Notes: generated by a model from the sequence alone, not told the origin. A stretch of DNA of 48,600 bases from an uncultured Acidobacteriaceae bacterium (GCA_964247325.1 CAXTTZ010000002.1:1-48600); one strand, 5' to 3'; positions 19,165 to 30,400 are shown, numbered from the stretch's first letter. Numbers and translations are program-made.

Positions 19165-20322
19165 ATGCGCCTTCTGCACATCATCGGCAGCCTCGATCCC
19201 GCGGCGGGGGGTCCTACCGAAGCCGTACGCCTGCTCGTGCGCTATCAGCCGCCCGGCTACACGTCGGAGGCCGTCACGCTCGACGAACCTGGCTCGGCCT
19301 TCCTAAAGGATTTAGACTTTCCGGTTCACGCTCTGGGCGGCCGGCACGCTTGGCACTCACTGCGACTCCTGCGCTGGTTGCGTGCCCAGCGTCACCGGTT
19401 CGACGGTGCCCTCGTGCACGGACTTTGGCAACCGATCGGCCCCGCCGCCCTTTGGGCTTTGCGGCATCGTGTTCCCTACATTGTCTTTGCGCACGGGATG
19501 CTTGATCCGTACTTCAAGCGCTACCACCGCCTGAAGCACCTGAAAAAATGGCCATACTGGCTCTTAGTGGAGTTTTGGGTGTTGCGCTCGGCTCACCGCG
19601 TCCTGTTCACCACTACCTTGGAGCGCGACCTTGCGCGGCTAAGCTTCCGGCTGCACAGCTGGCGTCCGCTGGTCGTACCTCTGGGCACCGAGCCGCCCGC
19701 AGCGCCCCCGGCCGCGCTGCTGCGGGCCTTCGCCGCGCACTGCCCGGAGCTTGCGGGCAAACGCTTTCTTCTGTTTCTTGGCCGGATTCACCCGAAGAAA
19801 GGCTGCGATCTGCTCACGCAGGCCTTTGCCGAGCTTGCGGCGGCACACCCCGATCTGCATCTGGTGATCGCTGGCCCTGACCCCGCGCACTGGCGGCAGC
19901 AACTCCTCACGCCTCTGGTCACAGCGGGCGTCGCCGATCGCGTCCACTGGCCGGGCATGCTGCACGGGGGTGCAAAATGGGGCGCACTCGCGGCGTGCAA
20001 GGCCTTTGTGCTGCCCTCGCATCAGGAGAACTTCGGCATGGCCGCCGTAGAGGCGCTCGCCTCCGGCAAGCCCGTGCTGCTGGCCGAGCCGGTCAATCTC
20101 GCCCCGGAGCTTGCCCGCGCCGGGTGCGCGCTGGTTGAACCCGACACACTCGACGGCACGCGCCGCCTGCTCGCCCGTTGGCTCGCGCTGACCCCCACCG
20201 AACGCCGCGACATGGGCGAGCGCGCCTTGGCTACCTTCGCGGCCTGCTACGATATGCGCCGCAACGCTGAGGCAATCCTGCGCGTCTTTGAGACTTTCAG
20301 CAGCAGAAGGGATGGTCGGTAA
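19165..20322 (+). CDS. Glycosyltransferase, GT4 family
   Basis: AAGGP, HGLWQ, HGMLDP, FLGRIHPKKG, LPSHQENFGMAAVEALA (EX7E). Confidence 0.92.
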   Translation: MRLLHIIGSLDPAAGGPTEAVRLLVRYQPPGYTSEAVTLDEPGSAFLKDLDFPVHALGGRHAWHSLRLLRWLRAQRHRFDGALVHGLWQPIGPAALWALRHRVPYIVFAHGMLDPYFKRYHRLKHLKKWPYWLLVEFWVLRSAHRVLFTTTLERDLARLSFRLHSWRPLVVPLGTEPPAAPPAALLRAFAAHCPELAGKRFLLFLGRIHPKKGCDLLTQAFAELAAAHPDLHLVIAGPDPAHWRQQLLTPLVTAGVADRVHWPGMLHGGAKWGALAACKAFVLPSHQENFGMAAVEALASGKPVLLAEPVNLAPELARAGCALVEPDTLDGTRRLLARWLALTPTERRDMGERALATFAACYDMRRNAEAILRVFETFSSRRDGR

Positions 20323-20933
20323 TGCGACGCGCGCCCGACTACCACGCCGGCGAACACGCACCCGACCCGGGCGGCGATGCCTACACGCGCCCGGCCTTTC
20401 CGCTCAGCAATCGCGCACGCCGCGCCGTGTGGAACCTTTGCTGGCTTCTGCTGTACCGGCCTTCGCCGCGGCCGCTGCATCGCTGGCGCGCGCTGTTGTT
20501 GCGGCTTTTTGGCGCGCAGCTCGGGCCTCACTGCCACTTCTATCCCGGCTCGCGCGTATGGGCACCCTGGAATCTCCGATGCGAAGACCACGTAGCGGCC
20601 GGAGATGGCGCCGAGATCTACAACCCCGCGCTAATTGAGCTGCGGTCCCACGTTATTCTCTCGCAAAACAGCTATCTGTGCGGCGCTACCCACGACTACA
20701 ACGACCCCGCATTTCCCCTGCTCGCCTTTCGTATGCGTGTGGAGCGCTATGCCTGGATCTGCGCGCGCGCCGCGGTCGCCCCCGGGGTGCACGTGGGCGA
20801 AGGGGCCGTGCTGGGCCTGGGTGCGGTTGCCACGCGCGATCTCCAGCCCTGGACCGTCTACAGCGGCAACCCCGCGCAGCCGCAGCGCAATCGCACGCCG
20901 CCTCCTGATCTCGCCCGTGAGGCCGCTGCATGA
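20322..20933 (+). CDS. WcaF-like hexapeptide-repeat acetyltransferase
   Basis: PSPRPLHRWRALLLRLFGA, PWNL, SQNSYLCGATHDY, WICA..APGVHVGEGAVLG, YSGNPA. Confidence 0.88.
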   Translation: MRRAPDYHAGEHAPDPGGDAYTRPAFPLSNRARRAVWNLCWLLLYRPSPRPLHRWRALLLRLFGAQLGPHCHFYPGSRVWAPWNLRCEDHVAAGDGAEIYNPALIELRSHVILSQNSYLCGATHDYNDPAFPLLAFRMRVERYAWICARAAVAPGVHVGEGAVLGLGAVATRDLQPWTVYSGNPAQPQRNRTPPPDLAREAAA

Positions 20934-21757
20934 TCTCTGTCCTGATTCTCACCCTGAACGAAGAACAGGACCTGCCCGGCTGCCTCGCCTCAGTCCGTTG
21001 GTGCGATGATGTGCACCTCCTCGACTCGGGCAGCACGGACCGCACCGTCGAGATTGCTCATGCCGCGCAGGCCAAGGTCACCCAACGCGCCTTTGACAGC
21101 TACGCACGCCAACGCAACGCAGCCATGCAGCTGCCCTTCCGTTACCCTTGGGTCTTCGTGCTCGATGCCGATGAGCGCGTCACGCCGGAGCTTGCCGCCG
21201 AACTGCCGCAGGCCGTCGCCCGTGTCGGCCCGGAGACGGCCGCCTTTCGGGTGCGCCGGCGCGATTTCCTTTGGGGCGTTTGGCTCAAGCGCGCGCAGCT
21301 GACGCCGCTGTATGTGCGACTCCTGCGTCCCAACCGCGTTCACTACACCCGCGACATCAATGAGATCGCTGAAGTCGATGGCAAGGTGGGCGATCTCCTT
21401 GCACCCTTGGACCACCTGGCCTTCTCGAAAGGCCTAAGCCACTGGGTCGCCAAGCACAACCTGTACTCCACGCGCGAGGCCGAGCTGCTGGCGAGCGGCG
21501 ACGCGGTTCGCGCGGCCTCCTGGCGAAATGCGCTCTTTGCGCGAGACTTCCATGCGCGCCGCGTCGCCCAGAAAGCGCTGTTCTATACCCTTCCCGGGCG
21601 CCCGCTCATCAAATGGCTGTATATGGTCGTGCTGCGTGGGGCTGTACTTGATGGGCCGGCCGGCGTCACCTATGCGACGCTGCAGGCATTTTATGAGTAC
21701 CTCATCGAAGCCAAACGCAAGGAGCTGATGAGAAAACGGGCGGGTCAACCCATCTGA
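20930..21757 (+). CDS. Glycosyltransferase, GT2 family (beta-1,4-glucosyltransferase-like)
   Basis: ISVLILTLNEE, LDSGSTDRT, QRN, WVFVLDADE, KHNLYS. Confidence 0.92.
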   Translation: MISVLILTLNEEQDLPGCLASVRWCDDVHLLDSGSTDRTVEIAHAAQAKVTQRAFDSYARQRNAAMQLPFRYPWVFVLDADERVTPELAAELPQAVARVGPETAAFRVRRRDFLWGVWLKRAQLTPLYVRLLRPNRVHYTRDINEIAEVDGKVGDLLAPLDHLAFSKGLSHWVAKHNLYSTREAELLASGDAVRAASWRNALFARDFHARRVAQKALFYTLPGRPLIKWLYMVVLRGAVLDGPAGVTYATLQAFYEYLIEAKRKELMRKRAGQPI

Positions 21758-21782
21758 CCGCGGCCTTATGGCTGAATTTCCT

Positions 21783-22163
21783 CTATGCCCTCAGCTTTGC
21801 CAGGAGATCGGTCGGGTGCACGGGCTTAGCTAAAATCTCAAACTCGTGGCCCTGGGCGCGAGCGCGCTCCAGCAGGTCTGCCGTGGCTGCCTGGCCGGAA
21901 AATAGCAAGATCTTGCACTTGGGTAGCTTGGAGCGTGTTTGGATGGCTGCTTCAATGCCCGTCATGCCGGTCATAATGACGTCAGAGATCAGCATATCCG
22001 GCTGAAAGGTTTCCAGCGCGTCGATCGCTTTTTCGCCGCTGTACACCGCACGGGCCTCAAACCCTGCCTGATTCAGGATGATGGCCAACGTATTTGCAAT
22101 TACCTGTTCGTCATCGGCGACGAGAACGCGCGGCTTGCTGCTAGTCGTGGTGTTGTCTGCCAT
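21783..22163 (-). CDS. Single-domain (CheY-like) response regulator
   Basis: VLVADDE, phosphoacceptor ISDVIM, FSG, KP; no output domain. Confidence 0.9.
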   Translation of the reverse strand: MADNTTTSSKPRVLVADDEQVIANTLAIILNQAGFEARAVYSGEKAIDALETFQPDMLISDVIMTGMTGIEAAIQTRSKLPKCKILLFSGQAATADLLERARAQGHEFEILAKPVHPTDLLAKLRA

Positions 22164-22366
22164 GAATGTGTTCCTGCAATCCTTCCTAAAGCCAGCTCGA
22201 AACGAACATACGATGTGGTCGCCCCCAGGGGCGATGCACTTGGCTCATCTTACGCTGTTCGCGGGAGTTTCGCCTGTAGCGACCGCATGCATTTCGAAAA
22301 CTTTGGTTTCATCGTTTGAATCTTCCGTTCCGACCCGCCTGCCCTAGGGTGGTACCCTGGAAGCCG

Positions 22367-23164
22367 ATGGTCGATCTACACCACCATCTGCTTCCCGGCC
22401 TCGACGACGGTTCCCCTGACCTCCCTACCTCGGTCGAGATGGCGCGCCTGGCTGCTGCCGATGGCATCACCCACGTCGTCTGCACGCCGCATGCCAATAG
22501 CCGCTTCGCCTATGACCGCAAGCTGGTCGGCGAGCTTGCCGAAGAGTTGCAGTCAGAGCTCGACCTGGCGCGCATCCCGCTCACCCTCGGCCAGGGCTGC
22601 GACTTCCACATCAGCTACGACAACGTCCAAGACGCCCTGGCCGATCCCAAGCGCTTTGCCATCAACGGCCACGGCTACCTTTTGATCGAACTTCCCGATC
22701 TCAGCCTTTCGCCGCACCTGCAAGAAACTTTCTACGAGCTGCGCCTCGCTGGCCTCACGCCCATCCTCACCCACCCCGAACGCAACCCCACCCTGCAGCG
22801 TGACCCAGACCGCCTTTTGCCCTGGCTGCGCGACGGCCTGCTGCTGCAGGTGACCGCCGGCTCCGTGCTGGGCCGCATGGGCAAACACGCCGAAAAGGTC
22901 GCCAAACGTCTGCTCAAAGATCGCTGGGTCCACTTTCTCGCCACTGACGCGCACAACACCACCAGCCGCCCGCCACTGATGCGCGAAGCTCACGACCTCG
23001 TCGCCCGACGCTACGGCCAGGACTACGCCGACCGGCTGTGCCTGGACAATCCGCTCGCCGTCTTCGAAGGCCGCCCCCTGCCCGAACAGGAGGCCCCCGC
23101 CGGCCTCGACAACGACGCGATCCCGCTCAAAGAAAGCTGGTGGCAGCGGCTGATCCGGCTGTAA
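22367..23164 (+). CDS. PHP-family protein tyrosine phosphatase (CpsB/CapC/YwqE-like)
   Basis: DLHHHLLPGLDDG, CTPH, LIELP, THPERN, ATDAH..SRPP. Confidence 0.92.
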   Translation: MVDLHHHLLPGLDDGSPDLPTSVEMARLAAADGITHVVCTPHANSRFAYDRKLVGELAEELQSELDLARIPLTLGQGCDFHISYDNVQDALADPKRFAINGHGYLLIELPDLSLSPHLQETFYELRLAGLTPILTHPERNPTLQRDPDRLLPWLRDGLLLQVTAGSVLGRMGKHAEKVAKRLLKDRWVHFLATDAHNTTSRPPLMREAHDLVARRYGQDYADRLCLDNPLAVFEGRPLPEQEAPAGLDNDAIPLKESWWQRLIRL

Positions 23165-23195
23165 GCCGCCGCTTGCCGCGCCGGGTTTCAGATGG

Positions 23196-24578
23196 CTAGA
23201 ACTGATCCCGCGCTGCTGCGGCGTGCGGTGCGTTACGCAAGAACTCCGTCAAGAGATAACGAGATTTGAAGACGAAAAAGAGCCGGTTGTCCTGATCGGA
23301 GTCGGCCATCAAGGCCCGGTGCTGTAGGTAAAAAGGACTGTTCCGGTCAAGCTCTACTTGGGCAATAAAGGTATTGTTGGTGTCGCTCCCATTGGCATTG
23401 CGGATCACGCTTACATCGCGCACGCTGGAGACCGCCTCGGACGGCACGAAGAACTTCAGGTAGCCGCCTTCCAGGTACGGCAACCGCGCCGGTCTCAAAT
23501 TACTGGGCTGGTTCTGCGATACGTAGCCAAGCCCGGTGTCAAAAACAATCAACGTGCCGGAAACGCCCATGATTGCTTTGAAACTGTTCACAAGCTTATT
23601 GGAAGGGTTGTGCCTTTCCAGGAACGCCGCATCGAGGCGGGCGATCTCACGCTTGCCGCTCGGCGCAGCGCCGGAGGCTACAGCAGCGGGGGCCTGTGCC
23701 GGCAAGCTGCTCGCCTCTCCTTCGACGCTGGCCCGCTCGCGGCCTGCGCGTAGGTTGCCCACGTAGTCGGCATAGTCCTGGGCCAACCGGAAGGCGGGCC
23801 CCACGGGCTCCAAGGGAAGCAGAACGAAGGTGAAATATCGATCCTTTTGTGGTGTATATTGCAGCTCCTCGTAAGGTAGGTAGCCTTTTTGCAACGGACT
23901 GTCCAGCCTCACATGCACATGCATAAACGTTTCCCGCGCGCCTGCCGCTTCAATGCTTAGAACATCGCCGAGCGGAAAGCGAATGGAAACATCAGGGTTG
24001 TCGTACTGCATGTGGTCTGGAAAGAACGTAAGCAGACCGTCAGTGTTGCGCAGAGCCACGTGCAAGATCTTGCCGAACGAGGGATGGACCGCATCGGAGC
24101 CGGTTACCCCCACCGCGGCTTGGTCGCGTTCCGCCCGGTGCGCCCGAATGAAGCCTTGGAACTGCTTCGCGCTTACCGTGGCAGGCTCGACCGGCTGACC
24201 CGGCTGCAGCGAGACCACAAGCATCTGCTCGGCTTGGCCGATGCTGTTAAAGCGCGTCCGGACCAGGCTCGGATACGCGCGCGGAAACTTCGAGGTTTGC
24301 GTGAGCACAAGCGTTAAAAATGCATCGCGCGTGCCCGAGAACTCGACGGCGTTGATATCATCCGCCGGCAACGCGAAGACAAAGTCGGGCGAGTTGAAGG
24401 TCGCACCGGCGGCGGCAAGCGTCAGCGTGCCCGACCCTGCAGGACCTCCATTGCCGACCGAAGCCTGCAGCGTCCTGGTTGAATAGGTGCTTTGGGCAAA
24501 AACTTGGTTGACGGGGAAAACGAAACCAGAGGCGAGAACAAAGCAAAGCAAGACACAAATCACGCAAGACGGACGCAT
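23196..24578 (-). CDS. Hypothetical exported protein with three internal repeats
   Basis: Signal peptide ending VFA-Q; 460-aa open frame; three similar G-x-L...F/Y...P...V segments. Confidence 0.75.
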   Translation of the reverse strand: MRPSCVICVLLCFVLASGFVFPVNQVFAQSTYSTRTLQASVGNGGPAGSGTLTLAAAGATFNSPDFVFALPADDINAVEFSGTRDAFLTLVLTQTSKFPRAYPSLVRTRFNSIGQAEQMLVVSLQPGQPVEPATVSAKQFQGFIRAHRAERDQAAVGVTGSDAVHPSFGKILHVALRNTDGLLTFFPDHMQYDNPDVSIRFPLGDVLSIEAAGARETFMHVHVRLDSPLQKGYLPYEELQYTPQKDRYFTFVLLPLEPVGPAFRLAQDYADYVGNLRAGRERASVEGEASSLPAQAPAAVASGAAPSGKREIARLDAAFLERHNPSNKLVNSFKAIMGVSGTLIVFDTGLGYVSQNQPSNLRPARLPYLEGGYLKFFVPSEAVSSVRDVSVIRNANGSDTNNTFIAQVELDRNSPFYLQHRALMADSDQDNRLFFVFKSRYLLTEFLRNAPHAAAARDQF

Positions 24579-24657
24579 CGGAGGCCTTTAAAAGTGTTTC
24601 CGCGCAGTATCGCACCTTTCTTCGTTCGCTGTCTGCCCGCGTATAGTTCGCTGCGCC

Positions 24658-25419
24658 TTATAGCCCCAGTCCGCCGTCGACCGCTACAAGCTGCCCTGTG
24701 ATGAACCGCGGCGCAGTAGCAAAAAACAGCACCGCCGCGGCCACATCCTCGGGCGTCCCGTTGCGCTGCATGGGCGTTTTTGCGGCGAAGGACTCATACC
24801 CCGCCGCGTTTTCACCTGAGGTCACGATCATGCCCGGCGCGACGCAGTTCACGCTAATCGCCGGCGCCCACGCCTTGGCCATGGTTTGCGAAAGCATGTG
24901 CAGGGCCGCCTTGGAGGTGCAATAGTGGCCATGCGTCGCCCATGGATGCATGCCGCCCAGCGAGCCGATGTTCACGATCCGCCCGTCACCGGAAGCCGTT
25001 AGGTGTGGATGTGCGGCTTTGGCCATCAAGAACGGGCCACGCGTGTTGGTCTCAAACATCGCATCCCACTGCGCGACCGAGATCGTCTCCAGCGGCACGG
25101 TTTCAAAAGCGCCTGCATTATTGACCAGCAGATCCAAGCCGCCAAAGGCCACGACGGTGGCCTCGACTGCCCCGGCCACACTGCCTTCACTGCACACATC
25201 GCAGCCTAGCGCCATCGCCCTGACGCCCAGTGCTTCAAGCTCCCGCACGGTGTGAAGAGCCTCTTCGGCGTGCCTCGAGGTGATCGCGACCTCCGCGCCC
25301 GCCTTTGCCAGCGCCAGCGCCAGGTGCCTGCCGATGCGCTTTGCCCCGCCTGTCACCAATGCCCGTTTGCCCTGCAGCAACCTCGCACCCGGCAGCGGAA
25401 GCTCGCTTTTCGGGCTCAC
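24658..25419 (-). CDS. SDR oxidoreductase, pteridine reductase/FolM-like
   Basis: TGGAKRIG, NNAG, YCTSK, VNCVAPG, ITGQLVAVDGG. Confidence 0.88.
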   Translation of the reverse strand: MSPKSELPLPGARLLQGKRALVTGGAKRIGRHLALALAKAGAEVAITSRHAEEALHTVRELEALGVRAMALGCDVCSEGSVAGAVEATVVAFGGLDLLVNNAGAFETVPLETISVAQWDAMFETNTRGPFLMAKAAHPHLTASGDGRIVNIGSLGGMHPWATHGHYCTSKAALHMLSQTMAKAWAPAISVNCVAPGMIVTSGENAAGYESFAAKTPMQRNGTPEDVAAAVLFFATAPRFITGQLVAVDGGLGL

Positions 25420-26027
25420 CTTGGCGACCCTGGGGCGGCTGTAGGCGCGCTGCCGTTCGCTGGCGCGGTTGCCGGCGTGTTGGCCGGCGGCGTGGTTTGC
25501 AAGGGAGTCATGGGGGAGGCAGGCGCGGGCACCTCGGCAGTTGGCGCGGCTTTTTTGTGCTCCTGCACCCCCGGCTGCACGTTGGCCGGCTCGGTACCGC
25601 CTTTTTCCTCATAGGCCGAAACCTGTGTGCGCGGCCGCTGCATCTTCACCAGCACCTCCTTGCCGGCGTCGGTCAGGTCGAACTCACTCGCGTAGGTGGC
25701 AAAACCGTTCGCCAGCACCTGCACGGTCACATGGCTGCCCACTTCGAGCAGATCGATCTTGGCCTGACCCTCCGGATCAGTCTTCATCTCCAGCACGCCG
25801 TTGGTCGCTCCCTCGCGCGAGGACCGGAAGATCACTGAAGCATTGGGCAGCGGCTTGCCATTGAAGTTCTTTTCGACCGTGATGACCACCTCGGCGGTGG
25901 GCGGCGGCGGCTTGTAGCCTCGCCCATGCCGCTCGGTCTGCCCCCCCGCCAGCCCCGTGCAAAAAACTGCACCGCCAACAACCCACCCCCGCACAGGACC
26001 CCGTAGAAGTTCCAGCCAATGACCCAT
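25416..26027 (-). CDS. Exported protein with carboxypeptidase-regulatory-like beta-sandwich and Pro/Ala-rich tail
   Basis: NGKPLPNASVIF...KTDPEG...VQVLANGFAT pattern; stop overlaps the SDR start (GTGA). Start codon uncertain. Confidence 0.7.
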   Translation of the reverse strand: MGHWLELLRGPVRGWVVGGAVFCTGLAGGQTERHGRGYKPPPPTAEVVITVEKNFNGKPLPNASVIFRSSREGATNGVLEMKTDPEGQAKIDLLEVGSHVTVQVLANGFATYASEFDLTDAGKEVLVKMQRPRTQVSAYEEKGGTEPANVQPGVQEHKKAAPTAEVPAPASPMTPLQTTPPANTPATAPANGSAPTAAPGSPR

Positions 26028-26128
26028 GCAGGCCATTTTACAGGGCAGGTCTGAGGTTTGGCCGCAGGACTTTCTTGCCGTAGCGGCTAAAACCTGAGCG
26101 GCATTCACTAATATTTCATCTGCCCGCA

Positions 26129-26158
26129 TTGACACGCCTACGTCAGACTGGTTACATT
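26129..26158 (+). promoter_or_regulatory. Sigma70-type promoter of groESL
   Basis: TTGACA (26129-26134), 18-nt spacer, TACATT (26153-26158), overlapping CIRCE. Confidence 0.7.
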
Positions 26159-26183
26159 AGCAGTCGGTACGGAAGAGTGCTAA
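26157..26183 (+). promoter_or_regulatory. CIRCE element (HrcA operator)
   Basis: TTAGCAGTC-N9-GAGTGCTAA, one mismatch to the consensus TTAGCACTC-N9-GAGTGCTAA, upstream of groES. Confidence 0.92.
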
Positions 26184-26254
26184 CGGAGCGCACGCGCTTC
26201 TCCTGTGCGCATCCGAAACCCCTTCCACCTCATGTTTCAAGGAGACAACGCATT

Positions 26255-26551
26255 ATGGCTTCCAGCACATTCACGCCGTTGCACGACCGCATCCTGGTTC
26301 AGCGCCTCGAAGAGGGCGAATCGATGCGCGGCGGCATCATTATCCCCGATTCGGCCAAAGAAAAGCCCTCGCAGGGCAAAGTCATCTCGGTCGGCAAGGG
26401 TAAGTCCAACGACGAAGGCAAGGTCTTCCCGCTCGACGTAAAGGCCGGCGACACGGTGCTCTTCGGCAAGTATTCGGGCACCGAGATCAAGCTCGACGGC
26501 GATGATTACCTGATCATGCGTGAAGAAGAAGTTCTGGGCGTCTTGGCATAA
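26255..26551 (+). CDS. groES: Co-chaperonin GroES
   Basis: [38 protein letters not shown]; AAGGAG RBS. Confidence 0.98.
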   Translation: MASSTFTPLHDRILVQRLEEGESMRGGIIIPDSAKEKPSQGKVISVGKGKSNDEGKVFPLDVKAGDTVLFGKYSGTEIKLDGDDYLIMREEEVLGVLA

Positions 26552-26602
26552 AGCAAAATAATCGTTGTTCGCGGAAAGACTCGTTGCTCGTGAGCAAACT
26601 AG

Positions 26603-28351
<1,749 letters not shown>

Positions 28352-28390
28352 TCCTTGGCGGACGGCCACACGCGGCTTCGCCGCAAAACA

Positions 28391-28420
28391 GAAAGCCCCG
28401 GAGCGATCCGGGGCTTTCTC
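28391..28420 (+). terminator. Intrinsic terminator after groEL
   Basis: Hairpin GAAAGCCCCGGA-GCGA-TCCGGGGCTTTC with a short U tract. Confidence 0.75.
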
Positions 28421-28436
28421 ATACTGGAGTCGGTAG

Positions 28437-29309
28437 ATGACAGTTTGCGGCCATTGTCGGTTGTGCGGCGCATACGGACCATTGACTGAGGAGCACACGC
28501 CGCCTCGCCGCGCCTTTAACGATTCGATGATTTTCTTGCGTAGAGCCGATACCAGAAATGGCCAACTATCCTTTCCAGAGCGCTCCATGTACAAAAAAGG
28601 CTTCGCTCAACGCACTCTGTGCGAGACCTGTAACAATCGCGCCGGACGGAAATTTGCCGATAGCTATGTGCGCCTAACCAAGCGTGTCGCGACCCAACTC
28701 GATTTCGCGGTCTTCGGCGATCACCTGCATATTATGGGAGTTGAGAAGCCCGCGCATATCGTTCAACAGGTACTACTTCAGTTCGTCACTCTCATAAACG
28801 AAGGCTTTGTCACTGTAAATGAATGGTTGCGTTCAAGCATTTTAGAACGGCAGCCATCCCTGCCTCCGGACTTAAGACTCTACCTATTCGCAACAAAGAC
28901 GAAGAATGTACGTTCGACTGGCCTAGTTGCCGCATACTTATCTGAAGCAAAGCGTCACGACATATTTGCTGAATTTGCCTTTTGGCCTCTAGGGTGCGTT
29001 CTCGCTTTCTCAGATCTGGATACCAGGTTCCTTACACCCATCCATCATTGGACCGATGTGTCAGTTAAATCGAATGCGACAAGGGATTTGGTATTGAGAA
29101 TCAACCACACTGAAAATTCTGCAGCTCTCGATTACAGAAGTTCCGCCCAAGTGGTGCGTGATCAGGAAGCGTACACACCCTTAATCGTCGAACCGGGTGC
29201 CTTAGCTAATATGCAAGCCGAGTGGTTCAAGCGGTCTGGTTCGAGTCACTCAGAACCCAGCTTAAGGTATCTGACTCCACCAAATACGCGGTTTGTGACT
29301 TCTAAATAG
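28437..29309 (+). CDS. Orphan HNH-type (zinc-finger beta-beta-alpha) endonuclease-like protein
   Basis: CRLC...TEEHTPP...TLCETCNN motif at the N-terminus, followed by a ~200-aa unknown domain; GGAG RBS; more AT-rich than groEL. Confidence 0.7.
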   Translation: MTVCGHCRLCGAYGPLTEEHTPPRRAFNDSMIFLRRADTRNGQLSFPERSMYKKGFAQRTLCETCNNRAGRKFADSYVRLTKRVATQLDFAVFGDHLHIMGVEKPAHIVQQVLLQFVTLINEGFVTVNEWLRSSILERQPSLPPDLRLYLFATKTKNVRSTGLVAAYLSEAKRHDIFAEFAFWPLGCVLAFSDLDTRFLTPIHHWTDVSVKSNATRDLVLRINHTENSAALDYRSSAQVVRDQEAYTPLIVEPGALANMQAEWFKRSGSSHSEPSLRYLTPPNTRFVTSK

Positions 29310-29411
29310 CTGAGTGCGGCTTCACCGCGCATTAGTGATGATTTCACCGCCACCACGTCAGTATCAGATTCCGAGCTGCGGCTAAGCGATGTCCCCTAGG
29401 CAGCGAATAGC

Positions 29412-29438
29412 AACGAAAGCCTCGCCGAGGCTTTCGTT
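29412..29438. terminator. Bidirectional terminator-like hairpin between convergent genes
   Basis: AACGAAAGCCTCG-C-CGAGGCTTTCGTT perfect inverted repeat. Confidence 0.7.
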
Positions 29439-29452
29439 AAATAACGAGCTGC

Positions 29453-30400
29453 CTACTCGCTGGCCTGCTCCACTAGCCCAGGATGCACGCCCTGCGGTGC
29501 GTGCACCTTTACGCCAGGCTGCTCGCTTTTTAGCTTGATCTCGGCCAACGTGTTTTTCTTTTCATGATTGGCGCTGGCCGGGAAGGTCACAAGATAGCTT
29601 TCGCCGATGGCTTTGCGGAACTCGTCGAGGTAGGGCGTCAAGCTTGGCGGGGTAATACGGCCCTGGTAGAAGCTTTCGCCGCCGGTCGCCTCGGCTACCT
29701 GGTTCAGATAGCTTTGCCCGCTGAAGTTGGCGAGCCCGCCGCGAATGCCCGCATCGCCGTAGTAAATCGAGTACACGGCCACGCCGGCGCGCTCGGCGTC
29801 ATCCTGCGCGGCTTGCACGTAAGGGCTATCCTGGTTCAGCGGTGACACGCTGCCGTTGTAAGGGTCCACGCCGTTGGTGATCATGAGCACCATCCGCGCG
29901 CCAGGCGCCTTTGACGGCCAGTGCTTCACAAACTCCTGCATGCAGAAGTACGGGCTGGCGCTGATGCCTGGCGACGAGAGCGGCACGCGCAGGTTGTCCG
30001 CCGCGGTGCGATGATCGGTGGTGAAACCGCCTTTGGAAGATACTGTGCCGTTCTGCATGTAGCCCACCAGCACCGACACGTTCGGCGGCAGGCTGGTCAC
30101 AAACTTCTGCACATCCTGCAACTGCACACTGAACTGCGAGCGCAGCCCATCGTCGATCAGGATCGCGACCTGCGCCCCTTGCTGCGCCACCGGCGCGACC
30201 GACGAGATCTGCGCGGCATGACCATTCACCTCGAGCTTCAGCGCAGCCGGATTGAATGGCTCGTTGTTCTTGGATTGCACCTGAATCAGCGCCGTCGTGG
30301 GAACGGGGCCCTCGTTGGGCAGCTCCTGCGCCAGCACCGGAACAGCCAGCGCGGCTAAACTGACAGCACTTGCAAACAAGGAAAATCGATTCATTCTCAT
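29453..30400 (-). CDS. Exported VWA-related protein (Acidobacteria-type)
   Basis: Signal peptide VLA-Q; VAILIDD, LMITNGVDP, GVAVYSIY and LNQVAEATGGESFY, typical of a VWA fold; AGGTGAGG RBS. Confidence 0.72.
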   Translation of the reverse strand: MRMNRFSLFASAVSLAALAVPVLAQELPNEGPVPTTALIQVQSKNNEPFNPAALKLEVNGHAAQISSVAPVAQQGAQVAILIDDGLRSQFSVQLQDVQKFVTSLPPNVSVLVGYMQNGTVSSKGGFTTDHRTAADNLRVPLSSPGISASPYFCMQEFVKHWPSKAPGARMVLMITNGVDPYNGSVSPLNQDSPYVQAAQDDAERAGVAVYSIYYGDAGIRGGLANFSGQSYLNQVAEATGGESFYQGRITPPSLTPYLDEFRKAIGESYLVTFPASANHEKKNTLAEIKLKSEQPGVKVHAPQGVHPGLVEQASE

